Shown here piece after piece: positions 37,201 through 42,101 of a DNA stretch of 42,101 nucleotides. Positions within the stretch are counted from its first letter, which is position 1. Each line of letters opens with the position of its first letter. A program made the translations under genes and the position numbers. Under the pieces are notes generated by a model. It was not told where the DNA came from. It saw only the letters and a program-made list of their open reading frames with translations, and ran no database searches. Source of the stretch: Candidatus Poseidoniaceae archaeon (GTDB lineage Archaea > Thermoplasmatota > Poseidoniia > Poseidoniales > Poseidoniaceae); NCBI GenBank assembly GCA_029250305.1, contig JAQXFM010000293.1:1-42101 (forward strand), read 5' to 3'.

Positions 37201-38512
37201 CAGGAGAGGCACTGCCAGGAGTGAACTTGAAGGCTCGAATACCCCATCCTTCGACGGAATGACCGGTCGAAGACCATGGTCCAGCCCAATCGCTGTTTGT
37301 ATCTGCAGGCTGCACCCGACAGAATGAACCGCTTGAGCAGGTAGGGGTAAGATCCAGATTGGAGAACCCATAGATCCCTTGTGGAGAGTCAAGCACGGCT
37401 GCGATTGAGAAATTCGCAAAGATTTCACCCATCGTGCGTCCAAGCATACCGCTTTGACCGCTCACTGGTGAAAGGGCGAGGTTTTCAACACTCAACCCGC
37501 CTGTGGCAGAATCTTGGACCAGTTGGCGCACTGCTGGCCCACCGCCGAGATGATCAGCAAGGTACATCGTGAAAATGAATCCAGCGCCGTAGTCTGCGAA
37601 TCGTTGGTTCCACCATCGAACAGAGAGTTCTGAAGAGGCCGTCCACTGGTTGAGATGGGAAACAAGAGTGGAATCTGCACCAAAGCAAAGGTAAATTGCG
37701 ACGTCTGCATTTCCTTCATCAATCCAGAGGTTTTCGTAAGGATCCTGTGCATTGTGGAGCAGGTGTTCCATTTCGTGGGCAAGAATGGACTTACCCCAAG
37801 AAAGTGTGATGTCTGCATAGTCGACGTACACAGCCTCACGGGCGGTCGCCAATGAAGGTGCGAAGTAACCCCCGATGTTGTAGGCTCCATCAATGTCGTA
37901 AATGACGATTTGAACCTGACAGTTGTTATCGACATCGGGCGGAGCAAGGCCACGACCGTCCGAGTAATCTTTTCCATAATAGGTCGTCATTGTCGGGTAG
38001 ATGGTGCTGTCCCACGATGACGCAAGATTGTTCAAAACGGTGGAAGAAAGCGTCCGTCCGCTCTGCACCAAGAAGGCAACGGTGTTGGTGGTTTTAGCCA
38101 CATAGACATCGATTGAGCCACCCGAAGTTGGCACTGTGAGTTGGTCGTTGACAACATGCGGGTTGCATGCACGGCCGGCAGCCCTGGCCGATGTTTGAGG
38201 GGCGATGACCATCTCTTCAGCACCTGGCCGGCCTTCTTCGATCCAAGCATTCTTCAAGAACGAAAAAGCGGAAACGACTGGCATTTCTTCTTCGATCATG
38301 ATGTATTCTCGGCCCTCTGACGGGTCGAAATCAGCAATATCTCCAATCACTGAGCCGCCCGCGCTGTAGGCTTCAATCTCTTCGGAATCGGGTGACGCAG
38401 CGGCTGCTGGCGCCAGAATTGGCACAAACGCAGCTGCGAATAAAATGGTCACGAGGAAGAAGGCGGATGTAGAGCGCGGTTCCGACATTGATGACACCTC
38501 AGGCATTCGCAT
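34280..38512 (-). CDS. Giant surface zinc metalloprotease (MA-clan gluzincin-like HExxH...WxDEG) with multiple PKD domains and a C-terminal TM anchor
   Basis: Signal peptide (AFFLVTILFAAAFVPILAPAAAA). The catalytic motif AHEMEHLLHNAQDPYENLWIDEGNA is at 37712-37777. PKD signatures are YAWDFGDNTTS, YSWDWGDGTVDS, YEWSFPEG, FNWSFSDGTFGD and YTWDFGDGTPIN. The TM helix is LATFVALIGVALILGYLVM, followed by a cytoplasmic tail of about 75 aa. Confidence 0.85.
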   Translation of the reverse strand: MRMPEVSSMSEPRSTSAFFLVTILFAAAFVPILAPAAAASPDSEEIEAYSAGGSVIGDIADFDPSEGREYIMIEEEMPVVSAFSFLKNAWIEEGRPGAEEMVIAPQTSARAAGRACNPHVVNDQLTVPTSGGSIDVYVAKTTNTVAFLVQSGRTLSSTVLNNLASSWDSTIYPTMTTYYGKDYSDGRGLAPPDVDNNCQVQIVIYDIDGAYNIGGYFAPSLATAREAVYVDYADITLSWGKSILAHEMEHLLHNAQDPYENLWIDEGNADVAIYLCFGADSTLVSHLNQWTASSELSVRWWNQRFADYGAGFIFTMYLADHLGGGPAVRQLVQDSATGGLSVENLALSPVSGQSGMLGRTMGEIFANFSIAAVLDSPQGIYGFSNLDLTPTCSSGSFCRVQPADTNSDWAGPWSSTGHSVEGWGIRAFKFTPGSASPAPLTMRLTADVSQFDGVVVSQSTADGLWSVTDLNFQNNVATALVPGFGNLTNEVWAITWYASTVADCDYTSCGSSYPQGTVDIEAARITSPASLTLTATDAQIDRDGDGSPDTARIDYEVFSNAFFEDLDVTMQVLDASGVEVDRLTKRVAAGGGVATNESFWFTAPLNGQYTFKMQMVDMIGTTVDSITTAPQVLNNMKPTANGTLDPNATQTWENVQFAGDGFDAWGLSLDNNSLPYLDAPIAYAWDFGDNTTSGLKSPLRAYEDTGLYNVTLRVMDQGNTWSETSVLQINVSDSTPPLPIITVNNIVIENEINILTNQLILFSAARTVDNVPTAQLDYSWDWGDGTVDSGVGAYEYAHEWGDISGTQVSYNLTLTVSDGINTGIKEITVTVNNRIPFQIFSDNLSTYTYTAIVMPDIFADDDGTIVAYEWSFPEGVNLEGGISDRTDDFTSTTSNSANPMPAWDTPGLKSVGLLVTDDDGSQVSTTLSVMVHNQLPVSDFIVRTTATTGSSTVDFRVEEGQVDTPYTFDGRDSFDPDGTIGDSSDLTFNWSFSDGTFGDRPQVTHTFTEPGMHSATLVVFDEAGEASSPRIMTIEMANPLPIISVRILDAWIDGALVTDTTAFEEGTMPDMWSRTFNEAGDSYAAPHTLLYFDSDGTRDGDRMFEGKYIPLEAASPEWNGLVQYTWDFGDGTPINSDPSPWHAYTIPGEYTVTLTVRDAFGTGDVSRETFTVLVDHPPVIHNLLIPDELFSGDSNAFGANVSDLEVDLGIALYRDTNVDDGSISDRDESLNPDLVVRWDLDIEVDENGNGDPADDWVDPLSGSATRVSATYENPGAYTLMLQVCDGLGMCAEMVQDIEVSTPPTAAPSLSDFSVDDWKSWLTEAGSDLATFVALIGVALILGYLVMREPSDLEDEAKQAAESYADVEVVESQGGLLGMDHHTPPPAPGILSKDERRSDDSGYVRPLRRRG

Positions 38513-38545
38513 TACTGCTTAACAACTGCACGACTTGAAATGAGG

Positions 38546-38553
38546 TATTTAAG
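38546..38553. promoter_or_regulatory. Candidate shared TATA-like element (TATTTAAG) in the 64-nt divergent spacer between the giant protease and the M28 peptidase
   Basis: This is the only AT-rich TATA-like element in 38513-38576. It lies 24-31 nt upstream of ATG 38577 (a leaderless-type distance) and 34-41 nt upstream of ATG 38512 on the other strand. Confidence 0.3.
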
Positions 38554-38576
38554 ACTGGGTCTATGAGGCTTCACAC

Positions 38577-39806
38577 ATGCTCACGCGAGACCGGGCGGTT
38601 TCACCCCCCTCTAACAAGGCCACAGCAGCGATTATTCTCTCTGCTTTTCTTGTCCTTTCCTGTGCAAGCCTCGCTCAAGCCCAAACCATCTCCGCACCAT
38701 ACAGCGCCGTTCTACCTTGTGACTTTGTCGAATCGCTGGAATTTAACGGCACGAACGCCAATGCCTCCATCACAGAGCAAGTTGAACTTGGCCCACGGAC
38801 GACGGGATCAAACGGAAGCGCCGCCCTTCGCACCATCATTCACGCTCAACTTCCCCAGTGGGATGTAACAAACAACACCTACACAGAAGACAACATCACG
38901 TTCACGAATGTCGTCGCTACATTTGCCCCCGAAGGAACCAATGAGTCCACCCCCCGTGTTGTGCTCGTTGCCCACTATGACTCAAGGGATGTTGCTGAGC
39001 GAGACCCAGATGTCAATCGGACGATGGATCCGATCCCCGGAGCGAATGATGCTGCAAGTGGTGTTGCTGTTCTCCTCGAACTCGGCCGAATTATTCCTTT
39101 CATGAACCTTGGTTATGAAGTCGAATTGTTGTTTACAGATGCTGAAGATCAGAACTACTCATCAGGTTCGTTGTACGGAGCGAAGGCATGGGTGAATGCT
39201 CAATCTGACGAACAAGTCAACCGAACCACCGCCTTTGTGGTGGTTGATATGGTCGGAGATGAGTTCCTGCAATTGACTCACGTCTACCCAGGTGACGTAG
39301 CACTCTGGACAACAATCGCACCATTGGCATCCGCCCTTGGACTCATGGACACAAAGGAAGACTGCAACGGCAACCTCGGACGTGACATCGTGAACCTATC
39401 CATCAGCACCGGCGTCATCGACGACCATGTGCCAGCCCTCAACAGGGGCATCCATGCCATTGACCTCATCGACATCCGATTTGGCGAGGGGGCTGAACCG
39501 TTCGAGGGATATTGGCACACGCACGAAGACACCCCTGACAAGGTCCGGGCTGAATCGCTCCGGGACGTTGGCTTGCTGGTTGAACTCGGCCTGCGATCGG
39601 AGGCTTGGATTTACGACTTCCAGTCGCTCGAGGAACCTGAAGATGATTCGACCCAACTTGATGACAATGAGCAAGATTTGAATAAAGAAGAAATGGAAGT
39701 AGAGCGATACACAGGACTTGGCGTTACAGCGCTTATTGGCGTCCTTGGAGCAATGGTCTTGATGGTCGTGCTTTCGCTTTCTGTGAATTTGAAACGTGAA
39801 CAATAA
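38577..39806 (+). CDS. M28-family metallopeptidase (aminopeptidase / glutaminyl-cyclase-like), membrane anchored
   Basis: Signal peptide AAIILSAFLVLSCASLAQA. M28 blocks are VVLVAHYDSRD, IPGANDAASGVAVLLELGR, LLFTDAEDQ, VVVDMVGD and YWHTHEDTPDKV. The C-terminal TM helix is ALIGVLGAMVLMVVLSLS. A TATA-like TATTTAAG sits at 38546-38553. Confidence 0.8.
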   Translation: MLTRDRAVSPPSNKATAAIILSAFLVLSCASLAQAQTISAPYSAVLPCDFVESLEFNGTNANASITEQVELGPRTTGSNGSAALRTIIHAQLPQWDVTNNTYTEDNITFTNVVATFAPEGTNESTPRVVLVAHYDSRDVAERDPDVNRTMDPIPGANDAASGVAVLLELGRIIPFMNLGYEVELLFTDAEDQNYSSGSLYGAKAWVNAQSDEQVNRTTAFVVVDMVGDEFLQLTHVYPGDVALWTTIAPLASALGLMDTKEDCNGNLGRDIVNLSISTGVIDDHVPALNRGIHAIDLIDIRFGEGAEPFEGYWHTHEDTPDKVRAESLRDVGLLVELGLRSEAWIYDFQSLEEPEDDSTQLDDNEQDLNKEEMEVERYTGLGVTALIGVLGAMVLMVVLSLSVNLKREQ

Positions 39807-39875
39807 AGCGCGGACACGAAGGGAAAGGCGTATTATCCGCGCACGCACCGAGTTCAATACAGCGGGGGGGTGACG

Positions 39876-40757
39876 ATGGCGGAAGATTCTGAATTCGACG
39901 AACGCCGGGAAGCCTTGAAAGCCCGCGTCCAAGCCCAAATCGAGGCTTCGAAAATGGCCAAACTGGAACGCCAACAAAGCGCTGCAGAAGAACTCGTGGT
40001 CGATGAATCCGATCTTAATGCTGCCATCCAGGAAGCCAACGATGAATTCAACGAACAAATGGCGTCGATGGACAGAGCAAATGCTTCGCAACTCCGAACC
40101 CTCGCAGCATCACTGATCCTCGTGGGCAGCATTTTGGGAATGGCATCCGGGGGATTGATTCTCCAAGGAAACCCTGCGGACCTCATCAACGCATTCAGTG
40201 TGCTTGGCAGCGATGAAGCAGTCGATGTTTCAGGCATTGCCCTCGAACCAGACGGCACCGCTGTCTCGGGGGTCGAAGTGGAGTTGATGAGCAAAGATAC
40301 GGGTGAAGTCATCGGCGCCACCACAACTGATGCGAACGGGTATTTTTGGTTCAAATCAATCGATATCGGCGAGTTACAACTCACCTATACCCTCGACGGT
40401 TACACCACTGTCGAACGAATCTTCATCCCCGACGGAGCCCAAGTTAACCCTGCAACCATGCGCGAAGGCACAGGGACAGTGGTCGAAAACGAAATCGTCG
40501 AAAGAGATGGTTGGAATGCTGAAAGTGCTGTTGCATTGTCAACCGCAGTTGGTGTCTTGACAGTTCTCACGGGGCTGGTTGGCGTCCAAGCGGCTGTCGA
40601 AGCTCGGAGGGCAAAACGCTACAGGCGAACACAATACCTCGCAGGACTTGCGTTGTTCAGTCGAGGTTTGATTCTGTTTGGACCAGCGCTTATTCTCGCA
40701 GGCATGATCTTGCTGATGAAATCACGTGACCAATTTTCAGATATTGGCGGTGAGTGA
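39876..40757 (+). CDS. Membrane protein with a carboxypeptidase-regulatory-like (CarboxypepD_reg) beta-sandwich domain
   Basis: An N-terminal charged coiled-coil, a TM helix (LAASLILVGSILGMASGGLIL), the domain VSGIALEPDGTAVSGVEVELMSKDTGEVIGATTTDANGYFWFKSIDIGELQLTYTLDGYTT, then 2-3 C-terminal TM helices. A G-run Shine-Dalgarno-like sequence (GGGGGGGTGA, 39864-39873) precedes ATG 39876. The GTG at 39870 is less likely. Confidence 0.7.
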   Translation: MAEDSEFDERREALKARVQAQIEASKMAKLERQQSAAEELVVDESDLNAAIQEANDEFNEQMASMDRANASQLRTLAASLILVGSILGMASGGLILQGNPADLINAFSVLGSDEAVDVSGIALEPDGTAVSGVEVELMSKDTGEVIGATTTDANGYFWFKSIDIGELQLTYTLDGYTTVERIFIPDGAQVNPATMREGTGTVVENEIVERDGWNAESAVALSTAVGVLTVLTGLVGVQAAVEARRAKRYRRTQYLAGLALFSRGLILFGPALILAGMILLMKSRDQFSDIGGE

Positions 40758-42101
40758 ATGTACCTCATCAGCGTCGAAGGTGGCGACGGTTCTGGCAAGG
40801 GGGAAGCAGCGCGCCTCCTTCTTGAATTAGCGGCCGAATTTCCGTTTCCTGAAATCCACGCCACACATGAGCCAAGGCGCCACAGTGAACTTGGTAAGTT
40901 GGCTCTTACTTCAGTAAAGCTCGGGGACAAAACCCCCTTGGAAGAAGCCGGTCTTTTTGCAGCCGATCGCCTTGATCACTCTCACACTTGGATTCGGCCA
41001 TTGCTCGAACAAGGCCACATTGTCATTTCCGATCGAAACATCCACTCGTCCCTCATCTACCAAGGCGTTGTTGGAAAATTGGGCGTGGACCAGGTCGCCA
41101 AGATGAACGCTGCTGCAATGATTCCAGACCTTGTCCTTTGGATCGACTGTGACCCTGACAAGGCCATCAAAAGAATTCGAACCGGCACCTTGCGGATGAC
41201 AAGTCAAAAGCAAGAGTATTTCGAAACACCAGAGATTCAAACAACGATTCGCCAAGGCTTCAACGATCTCTTGTCCGGAAAAATTAGCGTTCCTGCACCC
41301 TTCGACCGATGTTGCGTCGTAGGCCCAATCCTCAACGAGGGCGGTCTTGATGATCTGAAGAAAAAGTTGAGAACTGAACTTCGAGCGTTCTTCAATCGAA
41401 AACCAGCGCCGCTCAATGTTGACCCTGATGAAGTCGACCGCCATCTCCTCGACACGTTGGTCAGGGATGTCAAAAAACAAACAAGGCTCCCAGGTGCGCC
41501 TCAAGAGCGAACAGCCATCCACATTGGTTGGCTCTCCGGCCGCTCCCCTGCACAATGGATGAAAGAAGCGGAGGAAAAGTGGCCCGTGGAAAGCGCTCGA
41601 GCGTACGACGTCCCAGCCACACCCCACGCCCAATCATGCTGGTCCGTGCTTGGCACCCTTTCACTCATTGTTGGTTCGAGCGAAGTTCCACGCCTGCACC
41701 GCGCCTTTGGGCCTCACCGAATGGTCACACAACGCCACACGCAACGGTTGGTCAAATGGCTCGAGGAAGAACGATGGATCCACAAACAACAATCGCACGT
41801 TCCATTTGCGGAGGCTCAAGTTTTCAAATTGCGAGATGAACGACTGGGTTATGGCCGACTTGCCCTAGCCATGTGGCCACTGAGGGCCCAACTTGCCTCA
41901 TGGCGGCGTGCGAATCCGGATGCTGAATGGCGCGAGGCTCTACCTGCAATCGCCCATCCAGAAGACGGACGAACACCTCCACCTGCTGTTCGAAAGGGTC
42001 TTGAAGACATCACGAAAAGACTGCACATGCTTTCAAGCGGCCATGAAAACTGCCCAGTGCCAACATCGGTGGAAGAACTCCTTGCATGGTGGAAATTGCC
42101 A
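40758..42101 (+). CDS. tmk: Thymidylate kinase-like protein with an atypical P-loop and a C-terminal extension of more than 230 aa; runs off the right edge
   Basis: Not in the ORF track because it has no stop inside the window. Hand translation from ATG 40758 is open for 448 codons to the window end. It contains MYLISVEGGDGSGKGEAARLL, THEPRR, FAADRLDH, VISDRNIHSSLIYQG, PDLVLWIDCDPDKAIKRI and QEYFE, which are Tmk blocks. The start abuts the upstream stop (TGAATG). Confidence 0.7.
   Translation, partial: MYLISVEGGDGSGKGEAARLLLELAAEFPFPEIHATHEPRRHSELGKLALTSVKLGDKTPLEEAGLFAADRLDHSHTWIRPLLEQGHIVISDRNIHSSLIYQGVVGKLGVDQVAKMNAAAMIPDLVLWIDCDPDKAIKRIRTGTLRMTSQKQEYFETPEIQTTIRQGFNDLLSGKISVPAPFDRCCVVGPILNEGGLDDLKKKLRTELRAFFNRKPAPLNVDPDEVDRHLLDTLVRDVKKQTRLPGAPQERTAIHIGWLSGRSPAQWMKEAEEKWPVESARAYDVPATPHAQSCWSVLGTLSLIVGSSEVPRLHRAFGPHRMVTQRHTQRLVKWLEEERWIHKQQSHVPFAEAQVFKLRDERLGYGRLALAMWPLRAQLASWRRANPDAEWREALPAIAHPEDGRTPPPAVRKGLEDITKRLHMLSSGHENCPVPTSVEELLAWWKLP

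Noticed and set aside
40911-41633. 240-aa minus-strand ORF (also 39396..40091- and 39854..40384-)
   Set aside because: It is antisense to the open tmk-like frame, and the other two are antisense to the M28 and CarboxypepD_reg genes. The plus-strand frames carry recognisable motifs and the minus-strand ones do not.

Overview
The window is about 95% coding and is almost certainly archaeal chromosome. The markers are RPA plus an RPA-associated OB protein, Hel308, the KEOPS subunit Cgi121, geranylgeranyl reductase, GGPP synthase and a pilin with a class III signal peptide. These sit alongside bacterial-type gyrBA, TldD/PmbA and very large PKD-domain surface peptidases. That mix fits a marine planktonic euryarchaeon of the Marine Group II / Poseidoniales type, but this is an inference from gene content, not a search result. 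I call 32 protein genes. Two run off the window edges and are missing from the ORF track: aroA on the left and a tmk-like gene on the right. I found no rRNA, tRNA, CRISPR array, IS element or integrase. Most long ORFs on the opposite strand are shadows of the real genes. Many genes have recognisable Shine-Dalgarno sequences (GGAGGTGA-like), short overlaps are common, and several convergent pairs abut stop-to-stop. No textbook-style novel system is evident. The best candidate is the co-directional string at 8607-14214: RPA1, an RPA-associated protein, a 117-aa orphan, two single-domain T2SSF platform genes and a PilB/TadA-type ATPase. This is a type IV filament motor with no pilin or peptidase, and it seems to share its upstream region with the ssDNA-binding genes. 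Other points worth a second look:
- a HemC-fold protein that has lost the catalytic and cofactor residues, next to the isoprenoid-lipid genes
- a protein with three SAP/HeH motifs
- a canonical EF-hand loop at the C-terminus of GyrA
- a 346-nt gyrB-aroD spacer with inverted TATACCCC elements
- a surface-proteolysis island built around a 1410-aa metalloprotease with an HExxH motif and PKD domains
- a thymidylate-kinase-like protein with an atypical P-loop and a long unknown C-terminal extension

All homology statements come from reading motifs by eye and need HMM or structure confirmation.
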